A stretch of DNA of 64,000 nucleotides from the human T2T-CHM13v2.0 reference genome, Homo sapiens. The notes below the pieces were generated by a model that was not told the origin of the DNA, did not search any database, and saw nothing but the letters and a program-made list of their open reading frames with translations. This document shows positions 1-15,761 of this stretch, piece after piece. A program made the position numbers and the translations under genes. The number at the start of each line of letters is the position of its first letter. Positions within the stretch are counted from its first letter, which is position 1. Where the stretch lies: assembly GCF_009914755.1 (NCBI RefSeq), contig NC_060932.1; one strand, written 5' to 3'.

Positions 1-467
1 TGCCTGTTACCCAGTTCCAAAGTGGCTTCTACATTTTCGGGTATCTTTTCAGCAGTGCCCCACTCTACTGGTACCAATTTACTGTATTCATTTGTTTTCA
101 TGCTGCTGATAAAGACATACCCGAGACTGGGCAATTTACAAAAGAAAGAGGTTTAATTGGACTTACAGTTTTCCACTTGGCTGGGGAAGCCTCATAATCA
201 TGGCAGAAAGCAAGGAGGAACAAGGCATGTCTTACATAGACAGCAGCAGGCAAAGAGAAAATTAGGAAGATGCAAAAGTGGAAACCCCTGACAAAACCAT
301 CAAATCTCATGAGACTTATTAACTACCATGAGAACAGTAGGGGGAAACTGCCCCCATGATTCAATTATATCCCACTGGGTCCCTCCCACAGCATGTGGGA
401 ATTGTGGGAATACAATTCAAGATGAGATTATGAGATTTGGGTGGGGACACAGAGCCAAACCATATCA
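1..467 (-). mobile_element. THE1 (MaLR) 5' LTR (83-467) plus start of THE1 internal sequence (1-82)
   Basis: Minus strand begins TGATATGGTTTGGCTCTGTGTCCCCACCCAAATCTCAT. The LTR is followed by GTAAATTGGTACCAGTAGAGTGGGGC, the THE1-int start. Confidence 0.9.
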
Positions 468-1732
468 GCATACCTCTGAAAGTCATAAGTAACTTGCTCA
501 AGATCACTCAGCTAATCATTAAGGGAATCTGGATTCAATTTTGGTTTTTTTGCTTTGAAGACCAGTGTTGTTTCTACTCTCCTAAAGCTTCTTCAGTACC
601 TAGACACCCATTTATAAACAAGTAGTTATTTGTGAATAACTTTTCATTAGTTGTTTTCAAATGTAGCCAAAATTATATACCAGCACACTTGTTAGAAAAC
701 TGTTTTAACATATTCAAGCAATAATCTACTAGTAGTTTTATTTACCTGTTGACAAACTTAAAAATATTTTTGTTTAATTCAAAGGAAGCTTCTTTTCTTT
801 TAACTAAACAAATAAAAAAATTAATCCATCTGTTTTCCCACTTAACAGATATCTGTAGACAAGCTTCCAAATGCTAGGCACTACACTCAGACTTGGAGCT
901 ATCAAAATGAATAAGACACTAACTACACAGGAACATTAACCAAGCCCTATTATATTATGTGCACAATCTCCTTAGTCTACACGCCTAAAAAAAAAAAAAA
1001 AATTGCTCTCAATCTTCCCTAACATATCTTGAAAGCAAGCCGGAAAGGCATGAAACTGAAAGCAATTAAACATATGCTGAGACAAATTCCAACACCATTT
1101 AAATAATACAACAAAACTCAATTCTGAAAATATAAAATTGAAACATGCCTGGTACTCAATAAAAAACTACTAGGCAGTAAAATAAATGACACATAACAAG
1201 AAAAAAAAAACCAATCAATAGAAACAGATGAACCAACAACAAGATGAAGGAATTAGCAGACAAACATATTTAAATAGTTATATTAAATATTCTCTATATG
1301 TTCAAATAAGTAGAAGAAAACATGAATATAATGAGGAAAACATGAATGTCATGAACGATACACTCAAGTAGGTAGAGGAAATCATGAATATGATGGAAGA
1401 TATAACAGACCTAGAAAGAGCTGAGTTAAAAAATATTGGGTGCGATTAAGAGCAACTTAGTGCAGAAGAAAAGATCAATGAATTTGAAATACAAACTATT
1501 AAAAATAAAGCAGAGAGACAAGAAAAAAACTGAAAAAGAAACAAACACAGTGACCTATAGGACATTATCAAGTTACATCTATTATTAAAATCTCAGAAAA
1601 AGAAGAGAGAAAATTATAAATTATAAAATTATACTTCCAGGAAACAACAAATCCCGAGGTCTGTATGCATGGAATATTACATATAGAGGAATGAGGATAA
1701 GAATTACCACAGACTTCTCACCACAAACTACC

Positions 1733-2131
1733 TGCTATGATTTAGGTGTTTGTCCCCTCCAAACTCATGTTGAAGTTTGATCCCCAGTGGAGGTGTTTGG
1801 GTGATAAACGCAGATATCTCGTGAATAGATTTATGCCCTCCTTCAGGGGTGAGTGAGTTCTTGCTCTATTAGTTTCCTCAAGAACTGGTTGTTAAAAAGA
1901 GCCTGGCACCTATTCATATCTGCTTCCTCTCTCATGATATAATCTCTTCGCATACCTCAACTCCCTTTTGGCTTCTACCATGAGCTGAGGCAGCCTGTGG
2001 CCCTCACCAGATCTAGATGCCCAATCTTGAACTTCCCAGCCACTAGAATTGTGAGTCAAAGAAACTTCATTTTTATATAAACTACCCAGTCTCAGGTATT
2101 CTGTTATAGCAACACAAAATGCTATAAGACG
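1733..2131 (+). mobile_element. MST-family (MSTB-like) solo LTR
   Basis: TGCTATG...TTTGTCCCCTCCAAACTCATGTTGAA start and CCCAGTCTCAGGTATTCTGTTATAGCAACAC...AAGAC end. 5-bp TSD CTACC at 1728-1732 and 2132-2136. Confidence 0.85.
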
Positions 2132-2823
2132 CTACCCAAGATAGAAGAAAATTCAGAGACATATTTAAAGTAATGAAAGAATTAACTTTCCACCTAGAAT
2201 TCTTTACCTAGCAAGAATTTATTTCAAAAATTAAGTGGAAATAAAGGCTTTTTTTAAGACATGCCAAAACGAAGAGAATTTATTGCTAGCAGACCTACAG
2301 TAAAAGAAAGTTTAAAGGAAGTTCTTTACGTATAAAGAAAATAAATGATACCAGCTTTCTCAAAGGAATGAAGAACACTGGAAATATTAAGTAGGTAGGT
2401 AAATATGAAAGACATTCTTTCCAATTTATTTAATTCCTTTAATAGATAATTGATGGTTTAAAGAAAAATAAGACCAATGTATTATAAGGTATACAGCATA
2501 GGTAGAGGTAAGATGTATGACAACAATGGCATCAAAAGCAGGTTTGCCGTTTAAAGATTCCTGCACTACATGTGAAATAGTATAATATTTTTTAAAGGTA
2601 GAGCGCCATAAGTGAAAAAAAGTATATCATAAGCCCTGAAGAAGCCACTAAAAAATTAAAACACATATAGCTAATAAGCCAGCATTAAAGGTAAAATTAA
2701 AGTAAAACAAAAACTTCAAGTAATCCAAAAGAAAACAGAGTAGAAACAAAGGGACAAATAGGGGATTATAGGAGATTGGGCAAATGAAAATTAATAACAA
2801 GATTATAGTTTAAAACTCAAACA

Positions 2824-3130
<307 letters not shown>

Positions 3131-3350
3131 TCAAACATAACAATAAATACACAAACTGTAAATGGTCTAAACATTCCCCCCAAAAAGGCATAGACTGTCA
3201 GACTGGATTAAGAAGACCCAATGACATGTTGCCTGCAAAAAACTGACTTTAACTATAAAGAGACACATAGGTTTAAAGTACAAATGATAGAAAAAGTGAT
3301 ACTATACAACTCCAAGCTCCCCCAAAAAGCTGGAATGGATATATTATTTT

Positions 3351-3426
3351 CAAAGTGGATTTAAGAATAAGGAATATTATCAGATATACAAAGTAGATTT
3401 AAGAATAAGGAATATTATCAGATATA
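3351..3426. repeat. 38-bp tandem duplication
   Basis: CAAAGT(G/A)GATTTAAGAATAAGGAATATTATCAGATATA twice, one mismatch. Confidence 0.95.
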
Positions 3427-3662
3427 CAGAGGCACATTTTATAACAAAGAACTCACTTATGACAACCCTAAATATTCACTAACAGTAGAGTTTCAAAACA
3501 GATAAAGCAAAAAAACTGATAAAACTAAAAAAAAGAAATGGATACATTTACCAATTATAGCTGAAGATTTCAATAGTCCTCTCTCAGCAATTGATAGAAC
3601 TGGTAGAAAGAAAATCAGTAAGGTTATTGAAGACCTGAACACTATCAACCAGCTTGGCCTAC

Positions 3663-3726
3663 TTGACATTTATAAAACATTTCACTGAACAATTGACATT
3701 TATAAAACATTTCCCTGAACAATTGA
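3663..3726. repeat. 30-bp tandem duplication
   Basis: TTGACATTTATAAAACATTTC(A/C)CTGAACAA twice, one mismatch. Confidence 0.95.
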
Positions 3727-4372
3727 AGACCACACATTGTTTTCAAGTGTGCAGAAAACATTTGTCAAAATAGAACTCATCATGGGTTACATAACATTTT
3801 CAATAATTGTTAAAATAAAATTGAAATCCTGCAAAGTATACACTCTGAAAACAACAGAATTTAATCAGATAGCAATAACAGAAATACATCTTACAAATGT
3901 TTAACAATTTGGACATTAAACAACGCAACTCCAAATAACATGCATGTCAAAGAAGAAACCTGACATAACATTTGAATATATTTTTAATTGAATGGAAATG
4001 AAAACAACATAAAATTTGTGTGACTGCCACTAAAGCAGTACTTAGCAGAAAATTGCAAGCATTGAATGCTTATTTTATGAAATAAGAATGGTCTAAAGTC
4101 AATGACCTAAACTTCCACATTAAGAAATGGAAAAAGAAGAGCAAATTAAATCCAAATAAAGCACAAGGGAAATTAGAAAGAGTAGAAATCAATGAAATAC
4201 AACATTTAAAATTTAGAGAATATCAATAAAACTGAAAGCTGACTGTTCAGATAAAATAATAAAGTGGATAAACCTCTAGCCAAAGAGATTGTGAAAAAGA
4301 AGACTAAAAAGTATCTTGACCCTTATTTTGCACATTATAAATAAGTTAACTCAAAATGTATCATACCTTTAA

Positions 4373-4710
<338 letters not shown>

Positions 4711-7700
4711 CTAGAAGAAAACATAAGAGAAGATCCGCGACCTTGGGTTATACCATTTTCCTTAGAGAGAATACAAAGAACCATAAAAAACTAATAAACT
4801 GAATTTTATCAAAATTTTAAAAACATACTTCAAAAGACATCAAGAAAGTGGAAAAGTGCATTAGGAACAAATATTTACAAAACAGATATCTGATAAAGCA
4901 CTTGTTTCTAAAACATATTGTTTTCTCTTTCAACTGGAAAATAAAGACAACCCAATTTTTTTAACGACCATAAAGATTTGAATAGATACTTTACAAAAGA
5001 AGCTATAGGAATTAGCAACTGAAGGGTTCAAAAACTTTATTAGTCATTAGAAAAGTACAAGTTAAAAACACAACAAAATACCACTACATACATACTGGAA
5101 TAGCTAAAACTAAAGACTGACAAAACCAAGTGTTGGTAAGGATGTGGAGCAACTAAAACTCTCATACACAGATGTTAGAAATAAAAAATAGTATAGTCAT
5201 TTTAGAAAAGTTGAGCAATTTCTTATAAAGTTAAACATACACTGATACTATGACCTAGCAATTCTACTCCTAGATATTTTCCCAAAAGAAAATTAAAAAT
5301 ATATGAACACACAAAGTCTTATATTTGAATATTCATAACGGCTTTATTCACAAAGCCCCAAATAGAAACAACCTAAATGTCCATCAGCTGGTGAATAGAT
5401 ATCAACAAATTGCAGTATACTCATACAGTGGAATATTGCCCAGCAATATAAGGGAACACACTGCTGACACATAAAACACGGATGAATCTCAGAAGCATTA
5501 TGCTAACTGGAAGAAGCCAAATACAAAAATATGTATATTGTATAATTCCATTTATATTAAATACTAGAAGGGCAAACCTGTAGCGTGGAAAGCAAATCCC
5601 TGGTTGCCAGAGGCTGGGAATGTATAATGTAGTCAACACTCATTGCGTGGTGCACTTAAAATGGATTAATTTTATTGTATGTAAATTATACCTCAATAAA
5701 GCTGATTTTTTAAATGTGTGCACACACGTTTACACACACATACAAATCTATACACAGCCAACCTATCTTCCATATCCTTACGAGAGTATTCATTGTAAAA
5801 CCACATTACATTCTCCAATGACTCTTTGTTGTTTTAGAATTACATACAAGCCCCTTTTCCATGTTATTTACATAAGGTCCTTCATATTCAGTTTTCTGTC
5901 TTTCTAAATAGCTGTGTTCCCCACTATTACTTTAATTTTTCCTACTCCCCGTCTATATGATGCTACTTACAGTTCTCAGAACCTGCTGTGGCATTTTATG
6001 ATTACGTACTTTGGGACATACTGTTACCTTTTCTTATGATGTCCTTCAAAATTCTGCCTAAACATCAATTCATTTATGAAGTCTTCCCAGCCCAGCACAC
6101 CACAGTTAATCTCTTTTCTATAGTGTTTTGTAAATTAATATTTGTTTCGCTTGATTGTAGTTTTCCTTATATGTGTCTGAATCATTTTTGTGTTATTCAT
6201 TTAAGTATTTTAAGTTAGACTCGCTACCACAGATAATCATTTATTAGACAGTAACATTGTTAGTTCATTTCCAGAGTCACAGCATATGGTTGTGCAAATG
6301 CAGAATCCCATTCACACTATAATCTATGTAAATGGTGCCTCTGCAGCTGTGCAGCATGTTACCTTCACGGCCATAGCTAATGGCTGCTCTGGATCATCCA
6401 TTAGTTATATTTATAGAGTGTCTGCTATGTGCTAAGCTCCAGATCAGTTTCTGAGAATGCAAAGGTTGGTAGGGAACTTAGAACATACTGGGGAAAATGA
6501 ACAAAGGGAAAGGTAATTACAATATATTATAATGAGGGCAAAATGGTGTGCTAACTCCAAGGAGAGACTTCTAATTCAGAGACCAGACGAGCATCGGAGA
6601 TTTTCCTCTATCCTCTTTCTTCCTCACTTGCTTTTTATTCCTCTGTCACCAACTCAGTGTTCCTGTTCCACAGAGGTGATAGTGGTCAAGGCAGGAACGG
6701 CCTTGCCCCCGCTGATCCTTTTGTGAAGATGATGGGGGAACCCTTAGAGTTGTTGGCTTATTGGTTTCTTAGGTAAATTAATCTAGGAGGCAAAAAAGCC
6801 TTTTTTCTGTGACTAGTGTTAAGTCTTTCTAAACTTAAGGTCAAAGTTATTAGACTAACGAACTCATCCCATCAGGAACAAAGCTAAGAAGAAACACAAG
6901 AAGAAAATTAATGTAGAAACCACCCTCCGTCAGAGTTGTAAATCCCCTACGGGAGGAGCCATGAGTGTCTCATTCATTGCTATACCCCTCTCCCGCCCAC
7001 ACTCTGTACACACACTAGTGCTGGATCGTACTTGAATGTCCAAAGAATGAATGGATGATTGAATCACAGATACATGTATTAGCCAGGGAATGTGGGCATT
7101 TCACTGAATGGGAGAGAATGTTTCCAGTAGAGAGAACAACATATGTGAAAGCATACACAAAAGAAAAAATAAAAGCTAGGAAAATATGACAAGTTCTGGG
7201 AACTGCAAATAGACCACTCTGGCAAGAATTGAGAGTAAGGCGGTTAATAAATGATGGAAGCTAGAGGTATAATTCTGAGTCAGAGCTGGTCAACACAATC
7301 ATTTGGCATCACAAAGTTATTGAGTAAACGGCTTCCTTTTTCATGGGGCGGGTTGGCATTCTTTAGCATGTTATAAAATTGACTTAATAAAGAATTAAGC
7401 CACCTTCCACATATAAGCATGGATTTATGGGGGTATCACAAGAAATATATCTATCATTTTGAATCTATGCAAACATAATACTTTAAAACACATAAAAATC
7501 TTAGTAACTTTTCCTAGCTGTCATGGTTGGGAAGCCTATAAAATCATCCTTTAATTTAAAAATACTGTTACTCAATCTGAAAATTAACATTTTCTTTCTT
7601 GTGCCTGCAGCAATGGTTTCTGAGAGCTTCATGTTAATTAAAAATGTCCAATTACAATAAATGCCTCTAATGAAGATGTAAAAGAACAAAAATAAAAGCA

Positions 7701-10700
7701 GAAGGAATGGGAACACAAAAAAAGAAAGGTTCTAAAGGGCAACCATTATTTAGCTTCTTGTAATTGCCCTTAGGAATTTACTATCTCCCTTAAGAGAAGG
7801 AAATCTGAATTATATAATTTATTAGTAATAATTGTACTTTGGGAGGATTTCCAGGTGATTCACACAAATGGAAAAACAAGCATATACAAGGCCATGCATT
7901 TTCTTTGTCTTAATACTTAAGGGTAATAATATCAAGTTTGAAGTACACTAGAAAAAAAGTTAATCCTTCCCTATTGCTCTTAGATCCCTATTGCCTTGTC
8001 CAGATACAGTTGAGAAAGACTTGCAAGAAGAGAAATTGTCAAGTGTCAACTCTTATTAATTTTAATAAGCTTATATTTTAACTGCTGAAAAATTTTTGTA
8101 TTTCACAGCTTTAATTCTTAATTACTAGAACATTAAAGAAGCCATCTCTGGATTCATGTGGTATATTTCCAGTGACTATTTCCTGACCAACCCTTAAGAA
8201 GCAATTGAAAGTCTTGGGCTCTGGCTGGACTTGAAATTACACACGATTTGAATTAAAGTCTATTTGAATGAAACCTATAAGCACAACACTTTCTTTCAAC
8301 ATATTCACATTTGTCTAAGGATGGAAGAGCACATTCAAATTGATGGTCTGTATAAGCAGACATATTTAAATTCGGAGGCAGGGAAAACTTTAATAAATGT
8401 GTCCTTACTAATAATAATTGGTTTTTTGGTCTCTTTTGCCCATAAGGAAATCTAGAGCTGTTAGGAAACATATTGACAGGAAGTCAATGTAATAAACATA
8501 TGCCTAATACTTGTTTACTATATGTTAGAGTTTTTTTTTAGTTCCGTGATATAATTATCACACTACTATAAGTTAGATAGGTTGGTAAAAATTCAAGTGT
8601 ATCTAACTCCAAAGCTTCTGCTTTCTCCTCTATACCCACAAGTGCCAAGCCTATGTAAGCTTTAAAACATGCAATTAATCGTTTGGAATATGTATCAACT
8701 TTACTCCTAGTACCCAAATGTCAGTACCTTTCTTTCTTTCATAATAAAAAAGATATTTCATCATCATTGGAAAAGTCTGAAATAATCTGTCCCTATTTAA
8801 AAAGCCCATTAAAATATTCTGAACAGAAAGACCAAGAATGAATATTTCTCTTAAAGTTTATGGGTGCATAGTTGAAATATACTCTGTGTGCTACAGCTCT
8901 TATGCAAATATTCTATAAAAATAAACTGACACCTGTAGCCCTCAGTATAAGCAACCACAGAGAACATTCATCTCCATCTTGAATATCAAAAATTATAAAG
9001 AATCTTTCTAAAGGAGCATGGCTATAGTAAATTAGACATTAACTCTCTATCATATTCCAATAATGAAAACTCTACCTCAACAAAATTCCATTTAAAACAG
9101 AAAAATGATGCAGAATGAACCACAGATTTCCTCAGGAAAACTGTGTGTATAGAGGGGACAGGAATTGCTATACAGATTTGACATTTTCTTTCCTTCAAAT
9201 CTCATTTAGGCATTTTAAGGAGGTAGAGGTAAAGGAAGCTAGAAGACTGCTATGGAAGGTAGGACCCTGCTTGATAAGAACACAAGGAGAAAGGGAGAAC
9301 AATGCATTCAAGATACCCATTAAGAATGCATCAGTCAGTATTTCTTCCAAGATTTGACCCCTAACCTTCCTCCTCCTCCTGCTCCTTCCCTCTACCTTAC
9401 TTCTTGCACAGCTGGAAGTGATTTTGTTATTAGGAAGTGTGGTAATTTTCAGTTTTTGAGTTTTTGTTTAATTTGGAAGAAGAATTTAGTTAAGAGATGT
9501 ATAGTATGTGGTGTTTTGGGAAGTCTGTTTAAGCACACATGTTCTGTGGTTGCACATGCTAGCACACATGTCGTATGTCTCATTAGCATCTAAAATCTCC
9601 ACCCATGGGTGTGTTTTTTACTGTTATAATGAGCAAAAGGCTACTCAAGGGCAAGCTTTTGGAGGACTGTGCATGTTCGTCAGCGGGAAAAATCCCGAGC
9701 ATGGTTATCTCCAACTCGGGCCTAATAAGTCTCCTTTAAGACTTAAAAGAAAACCCAACCACAAGTAGCCAGTATAGCAAAAGCCAGTATAGCCCATTGC
9801 CTTTTTTACTGTCAGTAAACACTACTATCAGTAGACAATGTCTCCAAGATTTCTTTTCCCAGGAGACTCCCTTGCCTACTCGTGTCTGATTATCTGACCA
9901 CTCTATTTCAAAGAGAGAGCCATCCATAAACAGATGTACCCCCACTTCCTGCCACACCCTTGACTGGATGCAGCATAGAAACTGAGCACATGGAATCTAG
10001 AACTATTTGGCTTAATTTGTATTAAAGCTTTGCCATAGACTTGCCTGTTTTCTCATGTATCATGTAAATGGGAATAAGAACCTTCTTCACAAAATTGTGG
10101 TGAGAATTGAATGTGAAACATTTACAGTGCCTGGGAAGAGGTAGGCTTGCAAACAATGTTAGCTAATATTTTGAAAGAGTTGTAAAGTTAATTCTCCAAC
10201 TCCATATGGATATAATTATAGAATTGCATTCATCCTTTCAATTTAATTCTAAAAAAGTGGTTTTGTTCCCAGCTTCATCAGACTCCCATTAAATAATCAG
10301 GAAAAATATCCCACCTGTCTCTGAACAATACTGCAAACCTCACTGATCACTAACTTCCCTTCCCTTAAAGCTTTTCCATCCTCCTAGACTTTATGATCCT
10401 GTGTTTATAATCAGTTGAAAAGGGAGCATTTACACTTTGCCGTCTTTATTTCTTCCAGCTTTTCTTGGGAATAATAAATATTCTCATCTCCTTATTAATT
10501 CATGCTCAGTCACAACCCACCTAATAGCATGCTAATCTTTTCATGGTTTTTCTTAATATACACACATGGCTATTACAACCAACAATTGTTTTGTTTTGTT
10601 TCTTATGTCAAGTAAACAATCAGGTTTACAGAAGGTGATGCATTCATCCCAGTTTTCTGGGAATTTTCTAGGTTTAAGAACTGAGAGTCCCACATCAAGA

Positions 10701-11241
10701 GAACCTCTTAGATCCTACGCAAGCTGGAACAGTTGACCTTTCTCCATTATTCATATTGGACAAATTTATTCCAATTTTGTCTATAAAATATCCAAATCAT
10801 TAGAATATGAAGCAAAGTGAAAATGGCATTGGACTTTTAATTCCTAATTTCTGGTTTCAAATAATGTCCTGGTTTTGCCTTTCACTCTGCGTAAGTTTAG
10901 CAGGTCAGTCAAATATTAAAGGTTTTCATTTATAAACTAAAATAGGAAATATTAGTCCTTATACAGTAGGGCTGTTGTGACTATCCAAAGTAATAATGGT
11001 CATGCAGACAAGGTGTTAATAAAGGCAAAGCTTCACGTTATCTCTGCTGATCTTAAAACTCAGTACAAATTTGCTAAATGGTGCTCCTATGAATTCATGG
11101 TGGCAACTAAAACTAAGAAGTTAAAATGAAGTATTTCACATGAAAGTTTTGTTCTTTTTCACAAATATTTCATGTCCAACCATATTGATAAGCAACTTTA
11201 TTTTATATTTAGTCAATAATAAAAATTCATACCCCCTGTGG

Positions 11242-11292
11242 TATTCCAATATTCTCTGCCATATCTCCAATATTCCAATATTCTCTGCCATA
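11242..11292. repeat. 22-bp direct repeat (period 29)
   Basis: TATTCCAATATTCTCTGCCATA at 11242-11263 and 11271-11292. Confidence 0.9.
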
Positions 11293-11660
11293 AAAGAATA
11301 TCCAATCCCTCCCTTAAGCATCTGTAGTACAGATGTCTTCTCAGTTCAAAGGTGACAAGAAGACATCATTTTAAGTGTTACGTTCACAAATGGGCATTTT
11401 CTCACATAGTTTTAAAGATATTGTTTTTCTAGAATAGCCATTTTAAATAAGTGGTACAATATGCTGGTATGCACCTCGCTTCTAAAAGCAAACCTCTGGC
11501 TGTCCCTTTATGAACTACGTGACCCTGAGTTAGTTGTGGAACTTCACTGTGCCTATATTTCTGCATCTGCAAAAGAGAAATAATAATAGCACCTACCAAA
11601 TACAAGTGTTGTGAGGACCCCATGAATGGATACAGGTGAAAAGTCTAGAGCAGCACCTGG

Positions 11661-12511
11661 GATATGAACAGACACTTCTCAAAGGAAGACATTTATGCGG
11701 CCAATGAACATATGAAAAAAAAGCTCATCATCACTGGTCATTAGAGAAATGCAAGTCAAAACCACAATGAGATACCATCTCACGCCAGTTAAAATGGCAA
11801 TCACTAAAAAGTCAGGGAACAATCGATGCTGGCGAGGCTATGGAGAAATAGGAATGCTTTTACACTGTTGGGAGTGTAAATTAGTTCAATCATTGTAGAA
11901 GAGAGTGTGGCAATTCCTCAAGATCTAGAACTAGAAATACCATTTAACCCAGCAATCCCATTACTGGGTATATACCCAGTAATTATATAGGGATTATATA
12001 AGGATTATAAATCATTCCACTATAAAGACACATGCACACGTGTGTTTACTGCAGCACCATTTACAATAGCAAAGACATGGAACCAACCCAAATGTCCATC
12101 AATGATACTGGATAAAGAAAATATGGCACATGTACACCATGGAATACTATGCAGCCATAAAACAGAATGAGTTCATGTCCTTTGCAGGGACATGGATGAA
12201 GCTGGAAGCCATCATTCTCAGCAAACTAACACAGGAACAGAAAACCAAGTACCGTATGTTCTCACTCATAAGTGGGAGTTGAACAATGAGAACACGTGGA
12301 CGGGAACATCACACACCTGGGCCTGTCAGGGGGTGGGGGGCTAGGGGAGGGAGAGCATTAGGACAAATACCTTATGCATGTGAGGCTTAAAACCTAGATG
12401 ACGGGTTGACAGGTACAGCAAACCACCATGCCACATGGATACCTTTGTAACAAACCTGCACATTCTGCACATGTATCCCAGAACTTAAAGTAACATTTAA
12501 AAAAAAAAAAA
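11661..12511 (+). mobile_element. 5'-truncated primate L1PA (ORF2 end, 3' UTR, poly(A)), adjacent to a MIR at ~11510-11660
   Basis: ATGAACAGACACTTCTCAAA...TCACTCATAAGTGGGAGTTGAACAATGAG, G-rich tract, then GAACTTAAAGTAA plus A tail. Confidence 0.95.
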
Positions 12512-12730
12512 GGAAGTATTTTATCATTTTTCCTGCTTTGAGCCAATCACTGCTGTAGGTTCCAAGGACAAGATGTTGAATAAGATTGGTTACTGCCTTC
12601 AGACAGCGGTATCTGAGGATTATAAATGTTTTGGTGGAGGTGATCCTGGGTCACAATGTCAAGTAAGGCTTTCCTAAAAAATACTGTGCTTAGTCTCTCC
12701 ATTTACCTTAGAAAAGAGGCTTACCTTTCT

Positions 12731-13027
<297 letters not shown>

Positions 13028-14191
13028 GAGGCTTACCTTTCTATGCATTTATTTCCCCATAAGTTTCATAGAATCTCCTATTGAAAACCTTAATCTCAAA
13101 TTATGTCCAGGTTTCAAATATGTTTAGTCTTCAATAACTTCTCTACCAAAATAGGATGTCAGGACTTTTGATATTTCTGGTATACACCAGGGTAAAAAAA
13201 ATAGATTTTGTTTATATCTCAATGCCTTATTTTCTAAATATTTTTTGTTAATAATGTGCTTCCTCAGTGCCTCAAATCAAAAGATTTTGTGTTTTCATCT
13301 TAACCTTTTCATAGATTGTTTTCTGCAAGGAAATGTTGCCAGAATAGCAATATTTGTTTCACTAGAAAGCTAAAGAATTGGTTTCCACATAATACAGTAC
13401 AAATGTGAATACAATCAAGGATGTCTCACTCAGCCAACTAAGCTGAAACGTCCTCTCTAGTCACCTGAGGTCATGATGACCATCTGGTCAGACACAGCAC
13501 TCCTCACCTCCACACGGCCTCTGCTGGGGCTGCCTTCTCACCCTCTATGCAGACCTCACGAATTCTTCGGCATGGCTCACCCTCATCACACAAAGGGGAG
13601 ATAATCAGTGACTTGCAGCTGTTCAAGGAGAATAACTTGCAGTTATTCAAGGCGGGATGATTATTTCCAGCTGAAATGAAACCTTGTTTTACCTTGTTTA
13701 AATCTCTCATTAGAGCGCTTCACAGATTCAGCAACATACATAGGGTTTTAACCATATGGATACTCTCCTGTTCTGCCTTATGGTCATTTACACTCTTTCC
13801 TGACACATTTCAGGCTGCCTTATCTTATCTGGCTCTCCCAATAAAGTTTTTCTTTTACTCTCTCATCAATAAAGAGAAAATGCCTTTTGTTCATTTAATT
13901 TTCTCATATCGTAAAGGCCAGAATTCAACAAAAGTGATCAGTTACTGAATTCTAATTATTCCTCCTCTACAGATTTTTACCACATAATCCTCCTCCTTTT
14001 TATCCCTCTGCCACAATCCTAATAAAAACAATAACTATAGTTTTTGGAAGATCTACCCTGAGTCAGGCACTTTGCACATATTGTCTCTAAATCCTTGCTA
14101 CTATCATGCAATGTAGGAGTTATTCCTTCTACTTGATTTTTCTTTATTTCACTTATAGTCTGATATGTACATGTTATATATAATACATAGA

Positions 14192-14485
14192 TTTTTTTTT
14201 TTTGAGATGGAGTCTCACTCTTATTGCCCAAGCTGGAGTGCAGTGGTGTGATCTCAGCTCTCCGCAACCTCTGCCTTCCAGGTTCAAGCTATTCTCCTGC
14301 CTCAGCCTTCCGCGTAGCTGGGATCACAGGTGCGTGCCACCAAGCCCAGCTAATTTTTGTATTTTTGGTAGAGACAGGGTTTCGCCTTGTTGGCCAGGCT
14401 TGCCTTGAACTCCTGACCTCAGGTGATCCGCCCGCCTCAGCCTCCCAAAGTGCTAGGATTACAGGCGTCAGCCACCACGCCGGCC
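14192..14485 (-). mobile_element. AluS (Sp/Sq-like)
   Basis: Poly(T) followed by a full antisense Alu dimer. Confidence 0.95.
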
Positions 14486-15046
14486 TGTAGATGTTTACTG
14501 AATGCCTCAACCAACTGGAATATTAGTTGAGAACTACAATGCCTCCACGGGGGCATTTGTTTTGTACATTACTGTATGCCCAATACCCAGCACAATAAAT
14601 ACCAGGTTGGAAAGACCAAATCTATTGCCTATCATTTAAGTTTTAGTGCATAGCACAGTGTCTTACATTTATTTATTAGCCAATAAATATTTGTTGAATT
14701 AAATAATCATGTAGGAAGGTCAAAAATGACACAGAGGACTCCTGCTTTTCCACTCTGTCTAGTTCTATTTTATTTTGGGCATTTTATCCCTAATTGGCAT
14801 AACTTACATTTATTTATTCCTCCTCAATTTCAAACTATTTTGGAAGGGTGCATTGTATCAGTTAGGATGCAATCAGAAAAGCAGAACAACTAGAGCAACC
14901 TATAATGTGAAAGAACTTGTCTCAGGGATTTGACCTTCTGCAATTGTGAGAGCTGGCAAAGTGGTTTCTGTAAGATTATATTCTTTGTACTTAGTGACAG
15001 TATGAAGTCCACTCAAGCATTAGTCAGGAAAAAAAGGTAAAGTGGG

Positions 15047-15761
<715 letters not shown>

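Noticed and set aside
12329-12351. G-quadruplex-like tract
   Set aside because: Standard L1 3'-UTR G-rich segment.
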